A stretch of DNA of 63,805 nt, counting the filler, from Reclinomonas americana ATCC 50394 (Eukaryota), in NCBI GenBank assembly GCA_048213135.1. It is 14 parts of 14 records of this genome, joined end to end, with 100 filler letters (N's around TTAATTAATTAA, not from the genome) between each part and the next. Parts side by side here need not be neighbours in the genome. Positions count along the whole stretch, not along the records: positions 36,227 to 39,264 come from AFZH01019183.1; positions 39,365 to 42,191 come from AFZH01019185.1; positions 42,292 to 43,777 come from AFZH01019186.1; positions 43,878 to 48,360 come from AFZH01019187.1; positions 48,461 to 55,448 come from AFZH01019188.1; 9 more parts are not named here. The stretch is one strand, 5' to 3'. Position numbers and translations under genes: made by a program. This document shows positions 36,414 to 52,054 of this stretch, in pieces. How positions within the stretch are numbered: the stretch's first letter is position 1; every line of letters begins with the position of its first letter. The notes under the pieces are model-generated. The model was not told the origin of the DNA. It worked only from the letters and a program-made list of their open reading frames with translations, and made no database searches.

Positions 36414-39264
36414 GAACCAGGTGGCTTGTTGAAGGACAAGAAGAAGAAGAAGCACAACACCGACGAGGGCACAGCCGCCATTGCCGCTGCGCGAAGTGAC
36501 GCGGAGAATCTAACTGAGCAGGGTGCGTCGTTCATTCTCGTTGCTGTCACATGCTTCGCGTCATGTGATGTCTCATCGTGGTCATGCATCCACGCAGCTG
36601 CTCTCCAGGAGCACATGGAACACACCGCGATGGATGGCATCGTCGAGGTACAGTGATTGTGTGTCATCCCAAACGGGCATGTCTCTCACTGACCTTCTCT
36701 CTCCCTCTCTTGGCATGCTTGACAGCAAGACGACTGCTCGCAAATGAACCACAGTGATGGCTTGCCAGCACGTGACTCAGTTGATACATCGATCCGCAAG
36801 CGTTCTCTGACGGTGAGCTCCAACGAGGTGCGTACCTCACTCGTCATTCGCTTGTGTGCTGACGGTTGCTTTATCCCCGAAGGTGGATGCATCCAGCGAT
36901 GACGAGCTTGCACCGCCGAAGAAGAAGAAGAAGGTTTGGATGCTGTGGCGCATCTGTTTTTTGTTGAGTTCTTCGTGACAATCCGTGGTGTGGATTCTTA
37001 ACATGGCAAGACTCGCGCTGCGAAAGAGCCCGTGGAGTTGAGTGCAGACGAGAAGCTGGTGCTGAACAAGCTGTTCGTTGCGTGTGCTGCTCACGGATCT
37101 CCTCATCCTCCTTGCGCTCACCGATGTTGGTGTGCCACGAGCAGCGACGCAATCGGAAGAGAATTCTGGTGAAGGCATTCGGCCTGATGGCGCCCATTGT
37201 TCAAGGGTTCACAGTTGCCCACCATCAGGATGTGCTGTTTGACCTTGCCTGTGACGACTGCGGGATTCCAATGGCGATGGCGGGTCGCACGTCTTCCGCA
37301 GTCAAGTACGCGTTCGGCAAGAGGCTTGGCTGCATGGCCAGGGACTCACGCAGAAGGACCTCCAAATCAGTGGAGGGCGTGCTCAAGAGCGTTAGCCAGT
37401 ACATCAAGGTAAGGGAACTTGTGTGTGTGTGACGACCATGACCTGTGAGCCACCCTTCAGATGATTGCAACCTGCAGATGAGTGAACTCTGTGGCGTCGC
37501 TCTGGTGGATGCTGTTGAGAGACCACTGATTGTTGTTGACGATCGTGGATATTCGGAGGTGAATTTCGTTGCACATTGTGTGCGCGCTCAGCGCGTTCGC
37601 TGATTTGGTCGAAGCTCACTCGGTTCGTGTGTGACAGGAATCGTGGGAGAAACTGCCACTCCGGAGCAAGAATCAGAGCAATCAATTTCTGCCATTTTTC
37701 GTCACGCAAGCCATGACTGCGCTCCGCGAGTGTCGTGGTCTCATGGTTGCACTGCTTCGAGACAAGAGTCTTTCTGGGACCGGGGTATCACGCGCCATCA
37801 CGTGGTGTCAGTCGAAAGGTCTGATTCTACTGCGACTGGCGTGGTTACACAAGTCACACGACGCAGTGACTGGTGTTGCAGAATCTGCAGAGACGATGAC
37901 GGTGGAGGATGGGAGGGATGAAGACGATGATGATGAGGGTGACAACGAAGATGAAGGCGATGATGCAGACATGGTACGCAGAGGACAGATAATGATCGCG
38001 TCGCACCCAGCCATATATTGATGTCTTGCGTTCACAGGTGGATGTGGGCGTTGACGATGAGGAAGAATCAAAGCCGAGTAAGGTTTGGATTGTTCACGGT
38101 AGCCCGTCGTCGGCGAAGCAGGCAGACTTGTTGATTGCGAATGATATGCGATTGCAGGGCGGCAAGTGTGGCCGTCGTGCGTTCACTGAAGACTTGAGCG
38201 AGGACGAGCAATTGACTCTTAACCGACTCCTAGTTGCGTGTGCATGTCCGCAACACCGAAGTATGACTTCTTGGCATTGAGTGCACGTGCTCATGTCACC
38301 TGTCGTACTGCGTGCAGCGATGTAACAGGAAGATGTTACTGGTGAAGGCATTCGGTATCATGGCTCCTTTCGTAATGAGATCCACGGTTCTTCATCATCG
38401 GCGCGTTCTCGTTGACCTCGCATGCAAGAAGTGTGGACTTCCATCATCGGGAGCGGGTAGCCCATCGTCGACAGTCATGGATTCATTGGGCAACAGTCTT
38501 TCGTACACTGTCAAGAACGCACGCCGCGAGACCCCGAAGTCAGTTGAAGGAGTTCTCCAGTGCATGAGCAAGTTTATCGAGGTGAGCACGGTTCAGTGCC
38601 GTTTCATGAAAGTTCACCACAACTGAAACGAGAGGCCTGCAGAGGAGTGGTCTGCGAGGTGATGCCATGGTGGATGCCGTTGAGCGACCTCTGGTGTTGG
38701 TGGACATTCGCGGTTACTCCGAGGTGTGATATCTCTCTCTCTCTGTCGTGTATGCCACTGTTCAATGTGCATTTGCATACTTACTTTCCGTGCGTTCTTT
38801 GGATAGGAATCGTCGCAGCTTCCGAAAGTGCCACACAACAAGCAGGGTCGTCTTCTGCCTTTCGTCTTGCAGACAGTGGAGGCACTCCACAACTGCCCTT
38901 CGCTGCTTGCCACTCTGCTTGGAGACGGCTGTCTCTCCGAGGCGGACATTGCACGTGCCACCAAGTGGTGCACTGAATCTGAACGAGGTTTGATGGCGTC
39001 AATTGCGTTTACTGCGTCGTGATCAATGTTGAAGTGCAAGATGCAGCTGTGACGGCGGTGACAGTGGTGAAGAAAGAAGAAGTGAAGGTGGAGGAGGAGA
39101 GCGAGGAGGATTCGGAGGACGGCAGCGAAGATGGGGACATTGATCTTGACATGAAGAGAAGCAAGGTATTCGTGTGGATGGTGAGGTGAGGTACATGCTG
39201 CAGCAGCACTTATTCGTGTGTCTGTCACAGCGACGCGGAAATGGTCCGGTGATCCTGAGCGTAG
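36414..39264 (+). CDS. Unknown protein with two copies of a multi-exon module, acidic linkers and poly-Lys NLS-like motifs; partial
   Basis: Copy 1 RRNRKRILVKAFGLMAPIV...LFDLACDDCGIP...RRRTSKSVEGVLKSVSQYIK aligns with copy 2 RCNRKMLLVKAFGIMAPFV...LVDLACKKCGLP...RRETPKSVEGVLQCMSKFIE. The FLPFFVTQ...RAITWC and LLPFVLQ...RATKWC segments also align. Confidence 0.7.
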
Positions 39265-42070
39265 NNNNNNNNNNNNNNNNNNNNNNNNNNNNNNNNNNNN
39301 NNNNNNNNTTAATTAATTAANNNNNNNNNNNNNNNNNNNNNNNNNNNNNNNNNNNNNNNNNNNNGTGCGTCAAATCCACTGGTCAACCACGCGTAAGCGG
39401 TGAAGATCGCAGTTCTCGACTTGTTCGGAGCTCCGAGAGCGAACACACACACACACACAAGGAACCTTCTGCTGCCCTCAAGATTGGTGTTTGTGTTGGT
39501 GTTTTTGGATATGGTTGAACTTGGTCATCAAGACAGCTGTTGCTTGTTGTGTTGACGAATGAAGCAGCTTGTCCGTCACCAATATCGAATTGCTGAAGCT
39601 GGCGTCCGAATCCGAGTTTCACCCTCCGCAGGCTTTTTGCAACAACAATCAGCATGTCGCTATGATCCTTTACGGACGAATAGACCTCAACACAAGCTGT
39701 AGGTACAGGTGTCGCGCTTCTCCAAATGCAATTGTCACGCCTCGGCTCCACACTCCGTTCTGCAATTATCTTTTTCCAACAGGCGCCTCTCTACTTACCC
39801 TCCTGTCGCATCGCCCTTCCTTCATCTGCTGCCTGGCTTCCTCTTGAAGCCGACTCTGCGCCGATTGGTTCGGATTCGGCTAGCGATTACCATTTCCAGC
39901 AGCGCATCCAATTATTCGACATTTTTCTTTGGCGAGCGAAGGTGAGCCGGTCACTCGAGTGGCACCTGTCACAGATGCGCGGCTCCTGTGAACTTCTTTC
40001 TGTATGTGTGTGCGTGCGTGTTCGTGCGTATGTGAGGTGTGTGTGACGCAATGACAGTGTTGTCGGGGTGAACGCCACGTGTTTTCCGAATCGTTCCGGT
40101 TTGCTCTCTCTCTCTCGCTCTCTCTTGTCGCACGCGTGTGTATGAGTGTGAGAGAGTCATAGAGCACACCGTCAAGTGGTTCACGCAGGGGCGACAGAAA
40201 TGGTCCACGAGTCGCTCGTTTGGGCATGTGCAGATGCACATGCGCAACCAGGGCCGACTGGGAAAACTCCTCTCTCGTGGCACGCACATGCACACGCATG
40301 CACTCTGCCAGCCTCGCTTCACTCTATGTGTGTCTCTCTCTGTCTCTCCCTCTTCCCTCTCTCTCTCTCTCTGGCTCCTTTTTGGTGTCCGATCACGTGT
40401 CATGACTCCGAGTGGGTTCATGTCGGAGTGTGACACGTTGCTCACCTGTCACTCTCCTCCTCCCCGCAATGCTGGTGTTTGCTTCGCTCTATCTCTTTGT
40501 GTGCGGATGTCGAGTTGTTGAGCATTCACTGTCGAGTAGCACGCGGGTCTCATCTGACTTGTCCATCGGGGGCCTATTTGACACATTTTTCTTTTTTTGG
40601 CTGCTGCTGTCGAGCACAAGCAAGCTCACAGAGCAAAAGTGCGTGTTTGTGTATGTGTGTGTGCATGTGCATGTGCGTGTGTGTGTTATGGGTAGAGGGA
40701 CACGAGAACTCCGGTGTTGCAGTGAGGTCTCTCTTTGCTCTGTTTTTGTGCTTTTGTCGCGTTTTGGTCGTGCTCTCGCCCTGTGGCTCCCCGCTGCTGT
40801 GCGAGTGAGAGTATGTCGGTCTGCGCACCCCTTGCTTCTGTGGCTCTTGTCGCGTGGGGTCGCTGTTGGGAGGCGATTCTCTTGCTGATGTCATTGCTCT
40901 TTCGTCATCATGAACACCATGCATTCCATTCTTTCCTTTGTTGCTTCGCAGCAGAAGCACTCGCGTACTGCTATACTCCGCCGTTGAGTTGTCTTCTGCT
41001 TCTGCTTTCTATCTCTTTTTCGCTTCTACCCCCTCGCATGTCATGACTTTTCTCGTCGCATTCGTGCTGTTCGGATCTGCTCGACAACTCTATTCTTCCT
41101 CTCTTCTCTCTCGCCCGCTCCTCTCGTTGCTGTGTGGTTCCTGGTGTTTTGGTAATCCCACTGATGTCGATATATCCGTTGTGTGGCTTCCGTTGCTTCG
41201 CGCCCATTTCATCTTTGATGGCCGATTCTGCGCTGTTTTGTGACTCCTGTTGTCGCGAATGTTTGTCAGTCGTCTCTTCCCTGCGGTGCACAAGATCCAG
41301 TCCTTCCTCCACCCACCTCATCGTTCTTGGTGGTTATCGGGCTGCGCTGCTCCCCGGCAAATCGTCTCGGGGGTGCGGAGGCGCCTGTGATTCCTTTTTC
41401 GTTCTCCTTTGCTTCCCTTGCAGCGAATGTCAAACTGCTTCCCCTCTGTTCCTCTTTGCGAGATCTATCCACTGTCTGTGCGTGTGTGTGTGTACAAGTC
41501 CGTGTCGTTTATGCAGTCGCGCCGATTGTTCGTCCCCCCGTGGTGTACTCCGGTAATGTGTCTGTGCTGGTGCCGTTGTGGCGCGCTCGTGCCACCGGTT
41601 GTGAATCCCACTGCAACAGTCACGCTCTCCCCTTTTTCTGGTGCACTCGCGGCAGAGAATCCTCGCGTGCTTGAGCGCGTGCTTGGCCAGTGCTTGATTC
41701 CACTACATCCGTTAGTATATTGTTGTGCTGTTGTGGAGCGCAGAGACAGTGCGTGTCTAAAGTAGAGGTACAGAGAGGGCTGTGGTGGAATCGTTCTTCG
41801 TTCCTGTCGCGCAGGAAATTTGCTGACGGCGGAATCGTCCGCTCGCGGTCTGTGCCGTCGTCTCGCCTGCACGCCGTGCGAAAATACTGTGCCGTCTCGT
41901 CATCCTTTCCGCCTCCTCTCTCTCTCTCTCTCCCCCCCTCTCTCTCTCCCGTTCTCGACTCCGCTGTTTGAGTTGCTACGCACTGCTCTTCTTTCGTTGC
42001 GTCATTGCAGGTTGGACTTACTGTTTGTCGATGTGTGTACAGAAACCCGCTTGTGAATTCCCGCCCCCCA

Positions 42071-43181
42071 TGCAAGTAGCCGCCAGCGCAGACGATTGTG
42101 ACTTGCGCACCACCCAATCCATGTCCACTGCCCCTGCCGATTCCCCAGTCGCCTCTGGAAAGGCCGCACTGCTGCTCTCGCAACAGGAGCANNNNNNNNN
42201 NNNNNNNNNNNNNNNNNNNNNNNNNNNNNNNNNNNTTAATTAATTAANNNNNNNNNNNNNNNNNNNNNNNNNNNNNNNNNNNNNNNNNNNNACCACCACC
42301 ACGGCCGCTGCAACAGCAGCACCGCCTGTTGCTGCTGCTGCTGCCGTTACTGCCACCACTCCTGCCCCAGCTGCACGCGCGACTGGACCTGTACAATATT
42401 TTCAAGGTTTGTGTGTCGGTCTTCTCTTCTTCTACCTTTTCTCTCTTTTGCTCACCCGCTTTCACAGTGGAGTTCAAGAACGACCGCCGTGGCACCTACA
42501 TCAAGGATGACGCTCATTTCTCGTACACTGCTGGTGACTTTGTTGTGGTGAATGCCGATCGCGGCGACGATGTGGGACGCATTGTCAAGCAGATCCCGCA
42601 AGACAAGATTTTGTACCCGGAGCGGATCGAGAAGCGCATTCTCCGACCGGCGTCACCGGCGGAGAAGATTGCGCTGCGTGAAAAGTACGAGTCGGAGGAG
42701 GCCGTGCTGAAGCTGTGCCGCGAAAAAGTCGCCGAATGCCATTTGCCCATTGAGGTATGTCTTGAGTGTGCTCGTGCCACTTGTTTGTGATTTGTACTTA
42801 TGCGTGCGCGACTCGTGTGTGTCCTCCTTGCAGCTGGCATACGTGGAGTACCAGTTCGATCGGAAGCGACTGACGGTGTACTACTGCTCGAATGAGCGAA
42901 TCGATTTCCGGCATTACGTGCGCGAGCTCTTCCAGTTGTTCCGCACGCGTATCTGGATGCAGCACATCCAGGAGGATGACGGTACACACCAGCACCATCA
43001 TGGCCACCACCAACACCAACAGCAGCAACAGCAACAGCATCACCACCACGAGGTGCCGCACCCGCCGGCGACTGGCCGCAGTGGCAAGGGCCAGCAGCAG
43101 CAGCAGCACCATCACCACCAGGCCTCGCAGCAAGTGCAGCAACGCAAGGCCAGTGGAATCGGCGGCCGGACACGCACGTGA
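42071..43181 (+). CDS. PSP1 C-terminal domain (YaaT/Tpl-like) protein with Q/H-rich tracts
   Basis: VEFKNDRR...GDFVVVNADRGDDVGRI...KRILRPA...EYQFDRKRLTVYYCSNERIDFRHYVRELFQLFRTRIWMQ. The start is tentative and the model spans a gap. Confidence 0.9.
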
Positions 43182-44384
43182 AGGCCGCCAGCCACCATCT
43201 CCATCTTCTCCTATCTTCGTTATCCCCCCTGTTTTTTGTTAATCGATTTGGTGCCGGGCTGCTCTCGTCGTCGCCCGCCGTGTCGGATAGTACACGAGCA
43301 CGCGAGAGGGAGAGAGCAGCGATCAAAGTCGACCGTGTTATGCGACGAGGACAGCACATGTGTGAAAAATGAAATTGGGCCCCACCTTGTGTAAACCGTA
43401 CATGGCAACAAGAAGAACACAAGCGAACAAGTGCTGTATCCCGCTTTTCTCACCTCTCTCTCCACACTGCCCTTCGTTTCCTCACCACGCTTATGCCGCG
43501 CACACACGCGAAAGGCCAGTTGAACCGTTGCCACGCGAAAGCACACGAAAAGCACGAAGAGGAATGTGCGGCACACATTTCATGCTCGCGACCGTTGATT
43601 GTCTGTGTGTAGTGCGCGTGTGACAAGAGCAGGCACACACAATGGCCGGCTCCTCGACCAAACCCATGGGTGGCTCCGTGGTCGAGTGGCTGGTACGCAC
43701 GTAGTCTTCTCTCTCTGTGCGTGCGTGTCTCTCTCTTTCTTTCTCACGCGTGCGCGACAGGACAAGGCACTTGATCCNNNNNNNNNNNNNNNNNNNNNNN
43801 NNNNNNNNNNNNNNNNNNNNNTTAATTAATTAANNNNNNNNNNNNNNNNNNNNNNNNNNNNNNNNNNNNNNNNNNNNCGCTGCACACCGTCTTCACTGTG
43901 CTGATGACACCACTGTTTCATCCAGGTGCTCTTTGTGCGCTTCTTGAACGGAAGCCACTTGTTTGCCGTGTTGCGCGATATGGGTCTCGCATGTGTGCCG
44001 CTGCTGGTGCCGGAGGAGCAGCGCGCCGACTTTGAGGCCGAGTTCGCTCACAGTTGCGTGCTGTGCTCATCATGGATGGCTGGCACGTAACTAATAGCAC
44101 GTGTGGCACGCACAGCTCCAGCGCCGTCGGAGATCATGCCCCGAGTGGAGGAGAGCGGAAGCGAACGAGAGCAGTATCCCTTCCGACGGAGTCGCCGAGA
44201 CAAACCCTCGGCAACTCACGAGTCGCCGTTTGTGTTTTGACCGCGGCGGCGACAGACTCTTGATATAATGAAGCACGAAGAGATGCAGTTGATGATGCGG
44301 GGCGAGGGAGAATCACCCACCGTCTGTCCGCTACTCACATCTCTCCGCCGATGTCATTGTCGGTCGACATTGCCAGACGCTTCA

Positions 44385-46265
44385 TTATGTCTCCTGTGGT
44401 CTCCGCTCGTTGGGACGCATAGGAATTGTGCTCGTGGTCTGCCCAGGTACGGGCGACATCATTATTGGTGGCAGCAGTGGTGGCGCCACCGCGCTCTGCA
44501 CCATCGACGGCGACATGCCCATCAACGCCAACGGACTGGCGTTGATTCGTGGTTGCTGTTGCTGCTGCTGCTGCTGCTGCGGGATGTAGTGTTGCGGCTG
44601 GTGAAGCTGCTGTTGTTGTTGTAGTGGTTGTTGTTGCAAAGCGGACAGTGTGTAGGCGGTGCTCTGCAATTGTGGATGGGTGTGATACAGCTGCTGCGAG
44701 ACACCGTAGACGGAGCCGAGGTGTGCCGGCGTGGCTTGCATCGCGCGCATATTCGGGAGTTGGTGCATTGAGTCGCAGTACTGTTGCTGTTGCAGCTGCT
44801 GCAGTTGTTGTTGCTGCTGCTGCTGTTGATGCTGTTGCTGCCACAGCCCATACATGGGTGGCGACATCATTGAAGTCGCTGTGGTGGTGGTGGTGGTGGT
44901 TGACGAGGAGGCTGACGACGTGGGGGAGGTCGTTTGTGAGAGTAGCGACGCGCTGCTCAGACTGCTGCTGCCGCCGCCGCTGTTGATGTCCACCATCGAT
45001 CGCAAGTGTGCCAGCGTCTGCGGCGATGCCTGCGGTGTGTGCTGCGTGGAGTTCAGCGACTGCAGCAGCACCGCATGCGACGCCGGCGAGGCAATGGAAG
45101 TCGCACTCGGCAAGTGGCGCTTGACCGCCGTCGACGGCGGCGGCGACGACGGGATGAACGACGCCGAATTCGCTCGCAGTGCCGCGGCCACGGCGGCACC
45201 CACACCGATACTTGGAGCCGCCGGTGCCGCTGCCGACGCGCCCATTGACATCCTCCTTTCCTCAGCACGAGAGGTCGGCGGGGACGGGCCGTGTGACCGT
45301 GAGGGCGGTGAATCCTTGCTGCCCCTGGCCGCCTTCTGCAAACGCATTGCAATGGCATGCAATTTAGGCCGGATTGGCTTGCAAATACAGCAGCAGAAGC
45401 GCGCGCGCAACTCGATGCTTCTGCAAGTGCGACTTGACCTGCAGCAGCGTCACACCCCACTGTTGCAGCGTGCCAGCATTGAGACTCTCCATCGTGTTCT
45501 GCACCGGTCAGAGAACACACGCACGTGTGCAAAAGAATGGTCGTACATGCCAAACCAAGTGAGGCAGAGAATATAACAGATGTACAACACAGGCGACGGG
45601 GTAGTACGCAACAAGAATGGACTTGGGGGCAATCACTGATGACATGAGAGAGGCCACACAGAGAGAAAGAGTCAATGCTACTGTTGTGCGCAATACACCT
45701 CCACCTCACTCCTCTCACCGAGACCACGCTCCTGCAGCACATTGACTGCCGCATCAAACAAATCACTGAGTTCTCCTTGCCAGCGAACTCCCCACTTCTG
45801 CTTCTCCTTGGATGCCGACTTGCCACTGCATGTGAGACGTCATCACCACATGCGAATCCAACTGGGGGGAGGAGGGAATATACAGAAGAAAGAAAGAAAG
45901 AATAGGGCCACTCACCGCCGCCGCTTCACGCTCATCGACCCCTGCGCCTGCGTGGCACACAAGCAAGTCAATCTCACACAAACGCGCACAGAGAGGGGGA
46001 GGGCCAACCGCAAGATGCCAAAAAGGCGCACCCTCAAAGGTGCGCATATTACCACTCTCTCTGTCTCTGTCTCTCGCAACGTGCATGTTGGGGGGCGTGT
46101 AGAGAATCCACCACTCACCGCATGCTCCTCTCCATCTGCATCCCCTCCCGCGTCCATTGCACTCACACAGGGCGCAGCAGAGGCGCCAGCAGACGCGTTG
46201 CGCGACATGGCAAGCGACGACAAGGCCGCAGCCGCCATTGCCGATAACCCAGGCGGTTCTGCCAT
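44385..46265 (-). CDS. GARP/G2-like (Myb SHAQKYF-class) transcription factor with S/P/Q-rich tail
   Basis: Spliced: KQKWGVRWQGELSDLFDAAVNVLQERGLVIAPKSILNTMESLNAGTLQQWGVTLLQVKSHLQKHR, then a low-complexity poly-Q tail. Confidence 0.85.
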
Positions 46266-46383
46266 CAATCTCTCACTCTTTCTCTCACACACTCGCACAC
46301 TCTCTCACTGTCGACTGTCACGCTGTACGCTCAATCAGGCGACACGAGATGCGCTCTCCGTCGCTGGGATCTCGCTTAAAAAG

Positions 46384-47854
46384 ATGCGGAAAACTCGCGC
46401 GTCCGAAAACTTATCGTCCTTTTTTCCCGCCCGCGTCCGTTTTCTCTTCGATCGCACATGGAGAGACAAGAGTGTCTGCGCGTGGGCGATGTATGCGCCT
46501 CGGATCCGCTCGGACTCGAGCGGGAGTCAGTGCACGCAGTGTGCTTCCGACCGCGGCGTGTGGAGCGGACACGACATCGTCCGACACCGCTCGATGCCGA
46601 GGAAGAAGGGTGTGCATGCCAGTTGTCTTCCTCTTCTCACTGTCTCTGACACCTCCTCCTCTTGCGCAGTGATGGGTATGCACTTGCCGCGGTGTGCGAG
46701 AGCGGTCTGATCCGCCTGGGCGATGCGTCCACTGGTCGCGTGTCGAATGCCATGGACGCGGTGGTGATGACGGCTGGTGAGGGTGGTGCGTATGTTAGTG
46801 CTGCGGCGGTGGAGCAGCAGCGAGTGGAGCATGAGCAGCAGTGTGAGAGCGATCCGGGGGTGCCTCCATTGCGGCCGCTGGTGTGGTCGGTGGTGTGGAA
46901 TGCCGATGGGACGATTGGCACGGCCAAGTTGCGAGGAGGAGGAGTGCTGTGAGTGAGTGTATGTGTGCTCATTGATCAATGTGTGCATGCAGTACGCGTG
47001 ATAATCGTGTGTTTCTGTGGACGGATCCAATGTTGCGCGGTGTCGGTGTGCGGCTACTGGGAACGGTGACGGATGCGGCGGCGAGTGGCATTACGGCAAT
47101 GGAGGGCTCGCCCAGTGGAGAGTTCTTTGCGGTGTCGACGCCCGAGGGCCATGCGTCGGTTTGTCAATCGCATCGCATGCTGTCTGATGTGTGAGAGAGT
47201 GATGCAGACGCGCAGGTGTGGCGTGTGGGCGAGTGGACGCGACTGTCGTTGCCGGTGTACCACACGTTTGGACTGACGAGTGTGCGGTGGTCGCCCGACA
47301 GCTCCATGCTGCTGCTGACCTCGCACGATCGGCGCGCCACCATCTGGCGATTGGAACCAGAAGGCAATGAGCTGGTGCTGGCCGCGGTCATGACTGGCCA
47401 CCGCAGCTCGGTGACGTGCGGCCACTGGTCGTGTGATCAGGAGCACGTGGCCACGGGCGGCGAAGACGGTCAGATCCTCATCTGGTCGAGTGCCACGGGC
47501 GATTGCGTGCAAGAGGTCGCGTCGTCGTCGTCGTCAAGCCGAGCCTTCCCGTGTCGCTGCATCAGCTTCCACCCGCTCTATCCGGGCATGCTGGTGGCGG
47601 GGCTCGCCAGTGGCGGTGGTGTGCTGCTGTGGGCGGCCGACGAGTGCGCCGCGCTCGACGAGCAGCTGAAAAAGTCGGCAGTGACTGGTCTCGCGTGGCG
47701 CCCCGACGGCGCCGCACTGGCCGTCTCCTGCTCCAATGGCACCGTGGTGGTGTACGTCGACACGGCGGCTGTGTTGCACTTGCAGCAGCCACTCCACTCA
47801 CCACCGTCGAGACCACCGACGTTGAAAAAGAACCCCGCTGCCGACCTTCAGTGA
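46384..47854 (+). CDS. WD40-repeat protein (start uncertain)
   Basis: HTFGLTSVRWSPD...SHDRRATIW, GHRSSVTCGHWS...ATGGEDGQILIW, SAVTGLAWRPDG...SNGTVVVY. Confidence 0.9.
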
Positions 47855-48513
47855 AACAAGAGCTGTCCTTTTCGTCGTCCTCGCGTGTTGTTGATTGAAA
47901 GAGAGCGAGGGGAATGCGTCTGGCCAGTGCAGTGGGCCCACTGGTGTTCACCGGCCTCGTGGGTCTCCTCTGGCTCTTCTCAGGCGACGCCGATGCACGC
48001 GCACCACGTTGCGTCGCATGTGCATTCTCATCTCTCTATTTCGCACGCACTCTCTGACACTGTGCGCTCTCATGCACACACAGCACGTGGCGCAGCAGGA
48101 GCGGGAGCAGGTGCAGCAGGCGGCCCTGCACCCTCAGCCTCCTTCCTCTCCGCACTGCAGGACTTTGTGAGTGGCGCCGGTGCCTTGTCCGCGCTGGGCT
48201 TCCCCGAGGCCGACGCGCGAGACTCCTCCGTGCAGTTCGAGCTCATCTCTCAAGTGCAGTGTGTGACCACAGTGGGGCGACCTGTGTCGGCATCTGTGAG
48301 GAACCAGCCGGCCGCCGATCAGAGGCGACTGGGCATATGAGTGAAGAAGAATGCGTGTTTNNNNNNNNNNNNNNNNNNNNNNNNNNNNNNNNNNNNNNNN
48401 NNNNTTAATTAATTAANNNNNNNNNNNNNNNNNNNNNNNNNNNNNNNNNNNNNNNNNNNNGTGAGTGTGAGTGAGTGTGAGTGCGTCAGTTGCCTCCACG
48501 CGTGTGACGCGCA

Positions 48514-48750
48514 CCAATGTTGGAGATGGGCGGTCTCGGGAGAGGTCCGTGTGCTAGTGTGAGCACCATGGTGGACTTGCCAGAGCCATCGAGACCTATT
48601 GTGTTGCAGTGTATGTGAGGGGAGAGAGAGAGAGAGAAGACGTCATGCATTGTGTGTGGAACGTTACACACCCAGAATGAGGATCTTGCGCTTCTTGCGC
48701 ATCTTCATCACAATCTGGTTACTTGTTCCCTGCGGACAGAAGCAGCCCAT
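48514..48750 (-). CDS. Arf-like small GTPase, N-terminal exons; rest in gap, possible low-complexity tail at ~47900-48300
   Basis: MGCFCPQG...KKRKILILGLDGSGKSTMVLTLAHGPLPRPPISNIG shows an Arf/Arl-type P-loop and an MGC acylation motif. Confidence 0.75.
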
Positions 48751-48913
48751 TCTCTCCTCTCTCCTCAAGCACACCGACAATGGAATGATGACAATCGGTC
48801 GATCTGCAAATCAGTCTCCCCCGTTTTCATTCCACGTACAATGCATCTTCTTCGCTCCTCCTCCCTTCTCTCATTCTTTCTCTCTCTCTCTCTCTTGTCG
48901 GCAGTGGTGCGGT

Positions 48914-51607
<2,694 letters not shown>

Positions 51608-52054
51608 TGTGTGTGTGTGAGAGAGAGTGTGTGTGCGAGTGAGCGAAGAAATTTCATTGTGGTGTTGCTCTCGCGCGCGCGACGTTGATTATCACACTTT
51701 CGTTGTCTCAGAGTGCGCGCCTGTGTGTGTGTGCGTCTTGTTGCTCTCTCTCGCACACAACTGGTGTGCGCGCGCGTGTGTCTCGTGGACATCTCCTTCG
51801 CGCACGCACTCCCAGACACAGTGAGCGCGCGCGTGTGAGAGAGAATGGGCATATGTCACTGTGGAACGCCCATTGACGATGACAGTTACGCGCGCTCTCG
51901 TCACACACAACACAGCACATATGTCTGATCATTACACACATACAACAATCACACAACAGTTGCTCGTCTGCTCTTTCGCTACTTCACCGAGGCGTATCAG
52001 AGTCGACTGAGCGAGCCCACTGTTACCTCCACTAGTAAGCCGACTGCAATTGCC

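Noticed and set aside
43580..44330. Additional minus-strand gene downstream of the GARP gene
   Set aside because: Exon-like fragments exist, but I could not build a consistent frame or recognise a product.
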